Below, in pieces: positions 1-9,475 of a stretch of DNA of 64,000 bases. Positions within the stretch are counted from its first letter, which is position 1; each line of letters opens with the position of its first letter. The position numbers were made by a program, and so were the translations under genes. The notes below the pieces were generated by a model, which saw only the letters and a program-made list of their open reading frames with translations, was not told the origin of the DNA and searched no databases. The stretch is taken from the NCBI GenBank assembly GCA_045646625.1, contig JAZRLB010000013.1, forward strand, positions 22,310 through 86,309, given 5' to 3'. The stretch is from Candidatus Enterousia sp. (GTDB lineage: Bacteria; Pseudomonadota; Alphaproteobacteria; Rs-D84).

Positions 1-12
1 AGAGGTTATATT

Positions 13-555
13 ATGTCACTGGAAAAATTGGCGCCGGGAAAAACGCCACCAAGAAGAATGAATGCGATTATTGAAATCCCTGAAAACGGGCACGTTAAAT
101 ATGAAATCGATAAAGAAACAGGACTGTTAAAGGTGGACCGCATCTTGCACGCACCAATGGCATATCCTGCAAACTATGGTTATTTTCCAGGAACATTGGG
201 CGATGATGGCGATCCACTGGATTGCGTGGTTGTATGTAATGCACCACTGCGCCCAGGTGTATTAATCGAAGTTCGTCCAATCGGGGCACTGTTGATGGAA
301 GACCAGGCGGGTGGTGATGAAAAAATCATCTGTGTGCCACGTGGAAAAATTGACCCGTATTATGAAAAAATCAGTTATATTGACCAATTACCTGAAATTT
401 TGCGCTCGAAAATCGAATACTTTTTCCTGCATTACAAGGATTTACAGCCAAATTCTTGGTCCAAGATTCTGGGATGGGCCGACCGCGAAACGGCAGATAA
501 ACTGATTATGGACAGCATCGACAGATATTGGGCACATATGCGCGAAATGCACTAA
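13..555 (+). CDS. ppa: inorganic pyrophosphatase
   Basis: 180-aa ORF with a family I PPase-like translation (YPANYGYFPGT, DGDPLDCVV, EDQAGGDEKIICVP). AGAGG lies just upstream of the ATG. Confidence 0.93.
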   Translation: MSLEKLAPGKTPPRRMNAIIEIPENGHVKYEIDKETGLLKVDRILHAPMAYPANYGYFPGTLGDDGDPLDCVVVCNAPLRPGVLIEVRPIGALLMEDQAGGDEKIICVPRGKIDPYYEKISYIDQLPEILRSKIEYFFLHYKDLQPNSWSKILGWADRETADKLIMDSIDRYWAHMREMH

Positions 556-619
556 TTCCTTGCACGGGGGAATGGTTGCTTTTATAATCAAAACCGTTTT
601 TAGTAAAAGAGGTATTAAA

Positions 620-1189
620 ATGGCATCATATATTGCAAATGATATGCGTGTGGGTTGGGTTATTTCACATAATGGCAAACGTTATTCTGTGACATCTATT
701 ACCAAAGTTAAACCAGGCAAAGGCGGCGCGTTTGTTCAGGCAGACCTGCGCGATATTGATTCTGGAAACAAAGGTGGCGACCGTTGGCGCGCAGAAGATA
801 AAGTTGAAAAACTGATGGTCGAAGATTTCGATTGCCAGTATCTGTATGCAGATGGCACAGACGCGTTCTTTATGAATTTGTCCGATTATGAACAGTTTAC
901 AATGGCGGTGGATTCGCTGGGTGAAGCGATGAAATTCTTGGCACCAGAAATGGTTGTGAAGGCAAACTTTGTCGAAGGCCAGCCAGTGTCTATTTCCCTG
1001 CCCAAGACGGTTATCGCAGTGGTTGAAGAAACAGAACCTGCGTTAAAAGGACAAACGGTTTCATCCAGCGGCGGCAAACCTGCCATTCTGGATAATGGCG
1101 TGCGTGTTCAGGTTCCTTTGTTCATTGAACAGGGTGAAAAGATTGTGGTTAACACAGAAACACTGGAATACGTAGAACGTGCAAAATAA
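620..1189 (+). CDS. efp: translation elongation factor P
   Basis: Translation from the internal ATG at 620 (MASYIANDMRVG...VKPGKGGAFVQ...) matches the EF-P N-terminal KPGKG loop and overall length. AAAAGAGG Shine-Dalgarno upstream. The 560 start in the ORF track looks like an artefactual extension. Confidence 0.92.
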   Translation: MASYIANDMRVGWVISHNGKRYSVTSITKVKPGKGGAFVQADLRDIDSGNKGGDRWRAEDKVEKLMVEDFDCQYLYADGTDAFFMNLSDYEQFTMAVDSLGEAMKFLAPEMVVKANFVEGQPVSISLPKTVIAVVEETEPALKGQTVSSSGGKPAILDNGVRVQVPLFIEQGEKIVVNTETLEYVERAK

Positions 1190-1202
1190 ATACAAAAATA
1201 AA

Positions 1203-1226
1203 TATCCCCCGTTTGGGGGATTTTTA
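1203..1226. terminator. bidirectional intrinsic terminator between efp and the convergent 449-aa gene
   Basis: TCCCCC-GTTT-GGGGGA hairpin (1205-1220) flanked by an A-tract and a T-tract. Confidence 0.7.
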
Positions 1227-2573
1227 TTTCTCTTTGTTGCCAAATCGGCGCAGGATTTCCTGTTGCGTGGCGGTCGGTTTTATCGACTTTTTGATTTTAC
1301 CAAACGTTTCCTTGGTTGAAATAACCGCAAAATCGCGTTCCATTCCCAACTTGTAATCCAGAACAACAGCATCCGAAACAACTTCGCCCACGGCAATACG
1401 TTTTGCCGCCGCGCGTAATGATTCGCGAACCTTTTCCTTTTGTGGCTTTGGCGCGTCTTTAAGGCCGAATGTTTCGACTATGTGCTTGGCCAAACGCGCA
1501 TCCTTGACGTAAAAGTGCAGACGCGAAATAAATTCTGTTACCTTTTTATTATTCTTGAATTTATTATAATGCGGCGCCAATGCTTGAAACATAATGCGAA
1601 TAACCCCCTGGTTCACATATCCATCACCCAATGTTTTATTCAACTCTGTCATAAACGGCGTTATATCTCGGTTTGATTTAATAATTTGGTTGATGCGCCG
1701 AGATACCATAATTGCAGAACCATACTTTTGCATCGCATCCCAGCCAATGGTGTTAACAAAGTCATAATCAGACATTTTGTCCAGCTGATTGCGACCAGCG
1801 CGCGATATGAATATTTCATCATTGCCGGTCATCTTGTAATATTTGTATGCCAAGGCATCCGCCAGCAAATCGTCGGCCGCACGTGAAATAATTTTATCAA
1901 CACGTTCAGGAGAACGGTTGGCTTTTGGCCATTCCCGCAATATTGAATCTTTGTACGCCCTGCTTTCTATAATACAAGCTTCGTGTGATAAAATCCAGCT
2001 GCGCTGTTCTGCAAATTCGCGCATACGCTTTATAAGTTCCGGTGATATGCTGCGAATATCTGACCTAATTTTTTTATGCGATATACCACGGGCAAAATCG
2101 CGCATAGCCACAGAAAAAGGATAATTTGAACCAGTTAAAATCGAGTGCACACCCTCTGGTTCGAACTTAGTCAATGCCAATAATGCGCTTTTATAAGCCT
2201 CTGTTTCTTTCAGGATCTGAATATATTTTTCGTAGTCTGAAATATCTGTATAGATTGATTTATCAAGCGCAGAGTGCTGATGTTTTGCATCAATAAAATT
2301 TGAAATTTTGACCCGAGCCAGCGTAACTTCATCGCCCGAACGAAAATTCAGTTTTTTTGACTGCTTCTCAATAAAATCTTCAATATCAGCCAATACGTTT
2401 TTCATATTTTTATAGTCACGGGCAATGCCCTGGGACTGGTCCAATGAATAGACATATGTACCAAGTGGGCTTTTTGCAAAAACTTGCGTAACTTCAAGTG
2501 CACCACTGTTAATGTTCATAAAATATGATTTTCCGAACTTGTATGAAATTGTTTCTAGCATAGATTCCCCCAA
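1224..2573 (-). CDS. hypothetical protein (about 445-449 aa), no recognisable family
   Basis: Long uninterrupted ORF. The alternative start at 2561 is preceded by GGGGGA. I recognise no motifs. Confidence 0.6.
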   Translation of the reverse strand: MGESMLETISYKFGKSYFMNINSGALEVTQVFAKSPLGTYVYSLDQSQGIARDYKNMKNVLADIEDFIEKQSKKLNFRSGDEVTLARVKISNFIDAKHQHSALDKSIYTDISDYEKYIQILKETEAYKSALLALTKFEPEGVHSILTGSNYPFSVAMRDFARGISHKKIRSDIRSISPELIKRMREFAEQRSWILSHEACIIESRAYKDSILREWPKANRSPERVDKIISRAADDLLADALAYKYYKMTGNDEIFISRAGRNQLDKMSDYDFVNTIGWDAMQKYGSAIMVSRRINQIIKSNRDITPFMTELNKTLGDGYVNQGVIRIMFQALAPHYNKFKNNKKVTEFISRLHFYVKDARLAKHIVETFGLKDAPKPQKEKVRESLRAAAKRIAVGEVVSDAVVLDYKLGMERDFAVISTKETFGKIKKSIKPTATQQEILRRFGNKEK

Positions 2574-2621
2574 AAATTTATCTGATTAATTATAACATAA
2601 AATAAAAACATTTTTAATAAA

Positions 2622-2646
2622 TAAAAAAATCCCGCATCGCGAGATT
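2622..2646 (-). terminator. intrinsic terminator downstream of tRNA-Thr
   Basis: Minus strand reads ATCTCGC-GAT-GCGGGAT followed by TTTTTTT. Confidence 0.6.
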
Positions 2647-2652
2647 AATAAA

Positions 2653-2728
2653 TGGTGCCGGTGATAGGACTTGAACCTACGACCCCCTCATTACGAATGA
2701 GATGCTCTACCAGCTGAGCTACACCGGC
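2653..2728 (-). tRNA. tRNA-Thr (anticodon CGU)
   Basis: The reverse complement folds by hand into a cloverleaf: GCCGGTG acceptor, GCTC/GAGC D-stem, anticodon loop TTCGTAA, TTCAAGT T-loop, encoded CCA. Confidence 0.9.
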
Positions 2729-2776
2729 GTGCGAAAGTGACTATAACGCATTCATAGAATAAATTCCAGTGGTTTT

Positions 2777-4420
2777 TTAATTTTTTATTTTCCGTAATAC
2801 AACCATGATGCCTGCAGGCGTCATCCCCGGGATGCGCGTCAGGTCAGCGATATTTTCCGGGCGTGTTGCCGTTAATTTTTCAATCAATTCGTTCGTTAAT
2901 CCTGGCAGGCCAGTGTACACAAAATTAGATGGAATTTTTAATTCTGCTTCACGTTTATAGGCCGCAATTTCACGGTCATTGCGTGCGATATAGCCTGCAT
3001 AGAATTTATCATTTTCAGCAATTTTATCGGCACGCGCGGACAATTTCTGTTCGTATTTTTCGGGACTGATTAACCCTAAATCAACACCAATCGGTCCCAG
3101 GCGCGCAATTGCATTATCGGCACGCAATTTCAGGCGATATTCTGCACGGGATGTAAACATACGATACGGTTCATCCACCCCCAATGTTGTTATATCATCA
3201 ATCAGGACACCAATCATCGCGTTTGTGCGGTCTAATTCTAAATATGGTAAATCGCACGCATATGCCGCCGCATTTGCGCCTGCAACCAGTCCCTGGGCCG
3301 CCGCTTCTTCGTATCCAGACGTGCCATTGATTTGACCTGCAAAAAACAAGTGCGGATAATCTTTTGACTGCAATTTATCGTTCAAGGCGCGGGCGTCAAT
3401 CGCATCGTATTCAATCGCGTATCCATATCGCGCAATTTCGGCGTTTTCCAGCCCTGGAATTGTGCGAATCCATGCGTCCTGGATGTCTGCACCGAATGAT
3501 GTAGAAATGCCGTTGGGATAGATTAAATCGCTGTTCCAGCCTTCGGGTTCCAAGAACACGTGATGGGATGTGTGTTCAGGAAAACGCATTACTTTGTCTT
3601 CTAAACTGGGGCAATAGCGCGGACCTGTACCGCGAATATCGCCGTTGTACATTGGCGCATTTTGAATATTTTCACGAATTACATTATGTGTAGTTTCAGT
3701 TGTATGCGTGATATAGCAGACCGCGTCGTAATTATTATTTTCATCACCATCTGAGAACCAATCGTGGGGCGTATCACCAGGTTGAATTTCACAGACAGAA
3801 AAATCAATAGAATCACGCTTAATACGTGCCGGTGTTCCTGTTTTCAAACGCAATACGCGAAAACCAGCGTTCTGTAATATGCCCGATATGTTTTTGTCGG
3901 CGTCTTGGTATATGCCATCGTCCATTAAACGACCTGATGGAATTTTTTCCGCGCCACGTGTGACAATACCGTTCAAAAATGTTCCTGTTGTTAAAACAAT
4001 TGCACGGGCGTGATATTTATTGTTTACGGTCGCGTTTTCCAGGTCAACTTTTTCAACCGCTTCAAACACAACGTCTAAATTTTTATATTCAGACAAAATA
4101 TCAACAATTGCATTATGGTATAAATCGCGATCGATTTGTGCACGCAGAGCCTGGGTCGCTGCACCGTGAGTGGCGTTTAAAGTACGCCAATGAATACCAG
4201 CGCGGTCCGCAGCACGGGGCATCACACCGGCAAACGCATCCATTTCTGCAACCATCTGGGATTTGCCAGGACCGCCAATACTGGGGTTGCAAGATAAGGC
4301 CCCCAGGTCGGATTCCGCCATAGTCAACAACAAGGTTTTTGCACCACGACGGGCCGCGGCCGCAGCAGATTCCGTGCCTGCATGTCCACCACCGATAACA
4401 ATTACATCATAGTTTTGCAT
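2777..4420 (-). CDS. mnmG: tRNA uridine 5-carboxymethylaminomethyl modification enzyme MnmG/GidA
   Basis: N-terminal FAD fold YDVIVIGGGHAGTESA, then SCNPSIGGPGKSQMVAEMDA and a C-terminal TRIPGMTPAGI tail. At 547 aa it is somewhat shorter than typical. Confidence 0.9.
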   Translation of the reverse strand: MQNYDVIVIGGGHAGTESAAAAARRGAKTLLLTMAESDLGALSCNPSIGGPGKSQMVAEMDAFAGVMPRAADRAGIHWRTLNATHGAATQALRAQIDRDLYHNAIVDILSEYKNLDVVFEAVEKVDLENATVNNKYHARAIVLTTGTFLNGIVTRGAEKIPSGRLMDDGIYQDADKNISGILQNAGFRVLRLKTGTPARIKRDSIDFSVCEIQPGDTPHDWFSDGDENNNYDAVCYITHTTETTHNVIRENIQNAPMYNGDIRGTGPRYCPSLEDKVMRFPEHTSHHVFLEPEGWNSDLIYPNGISTSFGADIQDAWIRTIPGLENAEIARYGYAIEYDAIDARALNDKLQSKDYPHLFFAGQINGTSGYEEAAAQGLVAGANAAAYACDLPYLELDRTNAMIGVLIDDITTLGVDEPYRMFTSRAEYRLKLRADNAIARLGPIGVDLGLISPEKYEQKLSARADKIAENDKFYAGYIARNDREIAAYKREAELKIPSNFVYTGLPGLTNELIEKLTATRPENIADLTRIPGMTPAGIMVVLRKIKN

Positions 4421-4435
4421 TTTTATTCTTTGTTT

Positions 4436-4621
4436 TTGATTCTAAAATGCGATGCGTTTTAGCTTATGGTACATATCATTTTGGGCGACTGCGTCGCAAC
4501 CTATTTACCTGGATTCCGACCTGCGTCGGAATGACACGCCACTGCGTTCGCGTTCCGCTCATCCGTGGCTTTAAAATTGCCAGAGCAATTTTGATTCTAA
4601 AACGCGTTGCGTTTTAGAATC
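4436..4621. repeat. intergenic multi-palindrome element bounded by two copies of a roughly 28-nt palindromic motif (MITE/REP-like)
   Basis: TTGATTCTAAAATGCGATGCGTTTTAG (4436-) and TTGATTCTAAAACGCGTTGCGTTTTAGAATC (4591-4621) flank three further GC-rich palindromes (GCGAC-TGC-GTCGC, ATTCCGAC-CTGC-GTCGGAAT, GCCAC...GTGGC). Confidence 0.55.
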
Positions 4622-5342
4622 TACCCATTCCACCATTGATATGCAATGTTTGACCGTTAATATAAGACGCTTCGTCAGACGCCAAGAACACACACGCATT
4701 TGCAATATCATCTGGTTCACCAAAGCGCCCCGCTGGGATTTGCGCCAGATATGTTTTCTTTAATTCATCTGGCAAAACATCCGTCATTGGGGTCTGGATA
4801 AAGCCCGGCGCAATTGCGTTCGCGGTGATGCCACGGGATGCAACCTCGGCTGCGATAGATTTTGTCATAGCAATCATACCACCCTTGCTTGCTGCATAGT
4901 TTGCCTGACCTGGGCCACCGATTGCGCCGATAATTGACGCCATATTGATAATGCGACCAAAGCGATTCTTCATCATTGGCATAATTGCTGCACGGCACAT
5001 CTTGAAACAAGAACGCAGGTTAGTATTGATAACTTCGTCAAACTGTTCATCTGTCATACGCATTAACAATGTGTCGCGTGTGATGCCTGCGTTGTTAATC
5101 AGGATGTCAATCTTGCCCGCGCGTTCAATTGTATTCATAACCAATTCAACCGCACCGCCCTCAGCCGCCAAGTCGCACGGAATTTTGATATATTCATCGC
5201 CAAATTCTGCGTCCATTTTTGCCACATTACGACCAGACACAACAACTGTTGCGCCCGCATCCTTCATTTTACGTGCGATTGCACCACCAATACCACCGGT
5301 CGCGCCCGTAATCAATGCAACTTTACCTGTTAAATCAAACAT
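4614..5342 (-). CDS. fabG: 3-oxoacyl-[acyl-carrier-protein] reductase
   Basis: SDR signature TGATGGIGGAIA, NNAG, and YAASKGG catalytic Tyr/Lys. Lies immediately downstream of fabD. Confidence 0.92.
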   Translation of the reverse strand: MFDLTGKVALITGATGGIGGAIARKMKDAGATVVVSGRNVAKMDAEFGDEYIKIPCDLAAEGGAVELVMNTIERAGKIDILINNAGITRDTLLMRMTDEQFDEVINTNLRSCFKMCRAAIMPMMKNRFGRIINMASIIGAIGGPGQANYAASKGGMIAMTKSIAAEVASRGITANAIAPGFIQTPMTDVLPDELKKTYLAQIPAGRFGEPDDIANACVFLASDEASYINGQTLHINGGMGRF

Positions 5343-5344
5343 CT

Positions 5345-6220
5345 TTATATCTCCAATTTCTTTGCGGTTATTTTATCTGTTATGCGTGAACACAGACCTG
5401 TCAGGACAGAACCTGGCCCAACTTCTATCATTTCTGTAATTCCCAATTCGGCCATATTCAGAACACTTTCGCGCCAGCGCACGCCGTGTGTCATCTGATA
5501 AATCAGGGCTTCTTTGATTTCATCAATGTCCGTTGTTGGGGCGCACGTCTTGTTCAAAATAATTGGAACAATCGGTTTCTTAAATTCAACCGAATCCAAC
5601 GCTGCGCGCATAATATCTGCGGCCGGTGCCTGCACACGACAATGAACAGGCACAGACAACGCCAATGGCATTGCGCGTTTTGCACCCTGCTCTTTCGCGA
5701 TTGCCATCGCAGATTCCACCGCTTCACGTGTGCCGGAAATTACAACCTGGCCCGGGGAATTATCATTTGCAACGTCACAACCCGCCGTTTCACAAATTTT
5801 ATGCAGCACATCTATTTCCATTCCCAATATTACCGCAGTAAGGCCTGTGCCCGCAGGCGCAGCATTCTGCATGGCGTTTCCACGTACGCGTAATAACTTT
5901 GCCGCATCACCAACCGACAGCGCACCCGCTGCACACAAGGCGGTATATTCACCCAATGAATGACCCGCCACGTATTCTGGAACAGTTACCCCCGAGGCAC
6001 GCATCATTGCAATTGATGTCGCCATAATTGCAGGCTGGACATTTGCAGTTAACGTCAATGTGTCGGCCGGACCATTAAAGATTACGTCTGACAGTTTCTC
6101 CCCCAGCGCCGTGTCCACTGCGTCAAAGACCGCGCGGGCGTCCGCATTTGTTTCATATAAATCGTGCCCCATCCCGACGCTTTGTGCGCCCTGGCCTGGG
6201 AATACAAAAATTGATGACAT
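5345..6220 (-). CDS. fabD: malonyl CoA-ACP transacylase
   Basis: FVFPGQGAQSVGMG and the active-site GHSLGEYTAL motif. Confidence 0.93.
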   Translation of the reverse strand: MSSIFVFPGQGAQSVGMGHDLYETNADARAVFDAVDTALGEKLSDVIFNGPADTLTLTANVQPAIMATSIAMMRASGVTVPEYVAGHSLGEYTALCAAGALSVGDAAKLLRVRGNAMQNAAPAGTGLTAVILGMEIDVLHKICETAGCDVANDNSPGQVVISGTREAVESAMAIAKEQGAKRAMPLALSVPVHCRVQAPAADIMRAALDSVEFKKPIVPIILNKTCAPTTDIDEIKEALIYQMTHGVRWRESVLNMAELGITEMIEVGPGSVLTGLCSRITDKITAKKLEI

Positions 6221-6249
6221 TTATTGTCCTTTGTTAAATCACAGGGATA

Positions 6250-6795
6250 TTATACTTTGCGAATACTGAATTCGCAACCGCAATAATTCTGGCGGTAAAA
6301 ATCAGAATCGCGGTTTATTTGAATACGCAAATTTTCATCCCATTTGATTGGAATATAATCGATGTCGTCACACACTGATATGGCCGCAACATCAACCTGA
6401 TGCTGGTCCTTGTGACGGGACACACCCAGAACACTTGCAATCGCATTGTACCCATTCTCGCGCGCGAATTTTACAGCACGACGGAACCTATATTCAAAAC
6501 AAATACTGCAACGCGTACCGCGTTCTGGTGCATTCTCGAACCCGCGAACAACATCACGCCACGCGTCGTGATCATATTCCAAAACCGCGTATTTAACGCC
6601 CAGACTTTCACAATATTTAACCTGCTCGTGCATACGTTTGGTGTATTCTGTTTCTGGAAAAATATTCGGATTATAAAACAGCACAATAAAATCAGTCACG
6701 CCCGCAACACTACTTTGCGCCAATTGTTTTATGGCACCGGCACTGCACGGTGCGCAACACGACAATAAAACCAGCCTGATGCCTTTATCTGACAT
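6250..6795 (-). CDS. queH: epoxyqueuosine reductase QueH (DUF208)
   Basis: Characteristic cysteine motifs LLSCCAPCS, RCSICF and YRQNYCGCEFS. Confidence 0.85.
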   Translation of the reverse strand: MSDKGIRLVLLSCCAPCSAGAIKQLAQSSVAGVTDFIVLFYNPNIFPETEYTKRMHEQVKYCESLGVKYAVLEYDHDAWRDVVRGFENAPERGTRCSICFEYRFRRAVKFARENGYNAIASVLGVSRHKDQHQVDVAAISVCDDIDYIPIKWDENLRIQINRDSDFYRQNYCGCEFSIRKV

Positions 6796-7288
6796 GCTGC
6801 ATCAGGTCTGCCAAAACCACAGGTATTTCACCTGTTTTTTTTGGGAATATCTGTTTTAATTGACGATCAACAACAATATCCAACTCTCTGTCAACAGGTG
6901 TCCAGCACTTTAATGGACGCGCCCCCGTACAGTTTGAAGAAGTTGTTCTTACAGCGGGCACATCTTGATTTGCAGATGTGATTTCTGGTCTGAATCTTGC
7001 GCCAGGGTTATCCAGTTCAATCTGGGCCGGCGTCGTGATTTCATCAGACACCCACAAAGATACATTTTTAATATTTTGTATCGAACGAGTGTGACCAGTA
7101 TTTACATTGTACCATTCATCAACCAAATCCAGTTCAATGCGATATACATCCTGGAATTCATTTAACATTTTTTGAACTTCTTCTAATTTGTGCACGTGCC
7201 CCCAGGCCATTGAGCCCTGGGAAGACAGACGCAAACTGCATACACGGCGCAGCTTTAATTTTGCTTTGTTCGTATTTGTTATCATCAT
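6785..7288 (-). CDS. hypothetical protein (167 aa)
   Basis: ORF between metG and queH on the same strand. Its 3' end overlaps the queH start by 11 nt. No recognisable motif. Confidence 0.45.
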   Translation of the reverse strand: MMITNTNKAKLKLRRVCSLRLSSQGSMAWGHVHKLEEVQKMLNEFQDVYRIELDLVDEWYNVNTGHTRSIQNIKNVSLWVSDEITTPAQIELDNPGARFRPEITSANQDVPAVRTTSSNCTGARPLKCWTPVDRELDIVVDRQLKQIFPKKTGEIPVVLADLMQHVR

Positions 7289-7300
7289 TTGTACCTTTTA

Positions 7301-9289
7301 TTAAAATTTATAGCAAGACCCAATGGTGGTTTCAGCATCTAATTCAATAATATTATCACTTTCTGTACCAACCCCCAGTTCTTTTGCACTGCACATCATA
7401 CCATATGATTCAGTGCCCGCAACTGTTCTTTGAGCCATTGGTTTTTTTTGCCCCGGCAATTTTGACCCAACCGGCGCCAAGACGCCGCGCATTCCAACAC
7501 GCACATTTGGCGCACCACACACAACCTGAACCGTAGCTGCGCCGGTATTTACCGTCAAGATATGCAAATCATCGCGTGCGTTATGATTTTTTACTTCCAC
7601 GATTTCTGCAACAATTGGCACAGGAAGGTTTTCTTCTTTTTTAGGCACGTATTTTTCAGTCAACATAGCAACCTTTTCGTCATCTATGCGATTAAACAGA
7701 TTTTCAGGAACTATAAATTCCGCCCCATCCGCAATACGGTGTTCGTATTTAGTTGGCCACGTCAGGTCGTGCGTAGCCGCAAAAATATTCTGCATCTTAT
7801 CCGACGCCGTTGGGATAAATGGTGAGGATACGCGCGCATACAAGTCAATTAACTGAAAACATTCGTTCAGCACCATCGCCGCCGTGTCCATATCGCCATT
7901 TTTTACCAATGCCCACGGTTCCATCTTGGTCATATATTCATTACCAATCGCATACAAACCACGCAAGGATGCAATCGCATTACGAAACTCACACGCGTCC
8001 AGCGACGTTGTTAATTCCGCCAACTTTTCATTAATTTGCGCCGACAATTCTGGGTCTGTGTTGCCACCAGCCGGCACATTGTTTCCAAAATTTTTAGCCG
8101 TTAATTTACATACACGCGATACAAAGTTCCCCAACATTCCGTTCAAATCTTTGTTCACAACATCCGCAAAGCGCGCAATTGTAAAGTCGGTGTCGTCTGT
8201 TTCAGGTGCAGATGCAATTAATGCATACCGCCAATAATCCGCAGGTAATTCGCGAATCGCTTCATTCAAAAAAATACCATTGCCAGTCGACTTGGAAATT
8301 TTTGAACCATTAAAATTCAAGAAATTCATACCTTTTAACACGTCAACCGTTTTCCAGTTGTCATTCATTGCCAATTCTTGGGCAGGAAAGAATATAGAAT
8401 GAAACGATACATTGTCTTTGCCCATAAACTGGGTGTAATGCACATCGTCGCCACCATGCCACCAGTCAGCCCATTTGTCATTCGCCGCTTGGGAAATAGA
8501 AACATAACCCCATGGTGCATCAAACCAAACATAAAAAACTTTGTTTTCGTATCCAGGTTTATTTACAGGGATACCCCACTTTAAATCACGGGTAATTGGG
8601 CTGTCTTGCAAACCTTCGTCCAACCATTTATTTGCAATCGCCAAAGCCGTCTTGGACCACCCTTGGCGAGAATCAATCCATTTACGCAATGGTTCTTGCA
8701 TCGCACTGGTCTTGAAATACATATGTTTCGTTTCGCGCATTTCTACAGGTGAATCTGGGTTAACCGCACTATGTGGGTTTATCAGTTGTTCAGGTTCTAG
8801 AGCCGCACCGCATTTATCACATTCGTTTCCATATGCCTTGTCATGACCACATTTCGGACATGTGCCAATAACAAAACGGTCCGCCAAAAACATCTCATCT
8901 TTGACAGAATATGGTTGAACTGATGTTTTTTCAACCAACATGTCTTGTTCTTCTAGCCGGCGAAACAATTGATGAATTAACTTTTCTTGGCGTTCTGTGT
9001 GCGTGCGACCGTAAATATCAAAAGACAAATTAAAATCACGAACAGACTGTTCATGCGCAGCACGATATTTATCAACATATTCTTCAACAGACATACCTGC
9101 CTTCATTGCGCCAATTTCACTGGTCGTGCCATGCTCGTCAGAACCACAAACATATAAAACATCGCGACCACGCGCACGACAAAAACGCGCATAAACGTCC
9201 GACGGCAACCAACAGCCAACCAAATGCCCAATGTGCAAATTGTTGTTCACATACGGTAATGCAGATGTAATTAAATATTTCTTTGCCAT
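7301..9289 (-). CDS. metG: methionine--tRNA ligase with C-terminal tRNA-binding domain
   Basis: HIGH motif (NLHIGHLVG) and KMSKS motif (KISKSTGN). C-terminal EMAP/Trbp111-like domain (VCGAPNVR...MMCSAKELG). Start placed at MAKKYLITSALPY. Confidence 0.93.
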   Translation of the reverse strand: MAKKYLITSALPYVNNNLHIGHLVGCWLPSDVYARFCRARGRDVLYVCGSDEHGTTSEIGAMKAGMSVEEYVDKYRAAHEQSVRDFNLSFDIYGRTHTERQEKLIHQLFRRLEEQDMLVEKTSVQPYSVKDEMFLADRFVIGTCPKCGHDKAYGNECDKCGAALEPEQLINPHSAVNPDSPVEMRETKHMYFKTSAMQEPLRKWIDSRQGWSKTALAIANKWLDEGLQDSPITRDLKWGIPVNKPGYENKVFYVWFDAPWGYVSISQAANDKWADWWHGGDDVHYTQFMGKDNVSFHSIFFPAQELAMNDNWKTVDVLKGMNFLNFNGSKISKSTGNGIFLNEAIRELPADYWRYALIASAPETDDTDFTIARFADVVNKDLNGMLGNFVSRVCKLTAKNFGNNVPAGGNTDPELSAQINEKLAELTTSLDACEFRNAIASLRGLYAIGNEYMTKMEPWALVKNGDMDTAAMVLNECFQLIDLYARVSSPFIPTASDKMQNIFAATHDLTWPTKYEHRIADGAEFIVPENLFNRIDDEKVAMLTEKYVPKKEENLPVPIVAEIVEVKNHNARDDLHILTVNTGAATVQVVCGAPNVRVGMRGVLAPVGSKLPGQKKPMAQRTVAGTESYGMMCSAKELGVGTESDNIIELDAETTIGSCYKF

Positions 9290-9475
9290 GTTTATATGCC
9301 CCTTTGATAAAAAAACAGACGCCAACGGGGGCGTCATTTGATTCCCGTTGATTTGTTTGCTTTAAGATTTCTTTTGCATTCGCATAGCTGTATTATAATG
9401 CATAAATTTTATTAATCAACTTGAATTCAAAGGATTTTCTGATATTTTAGACACTGAAAACAAAAGGGTATTTAA

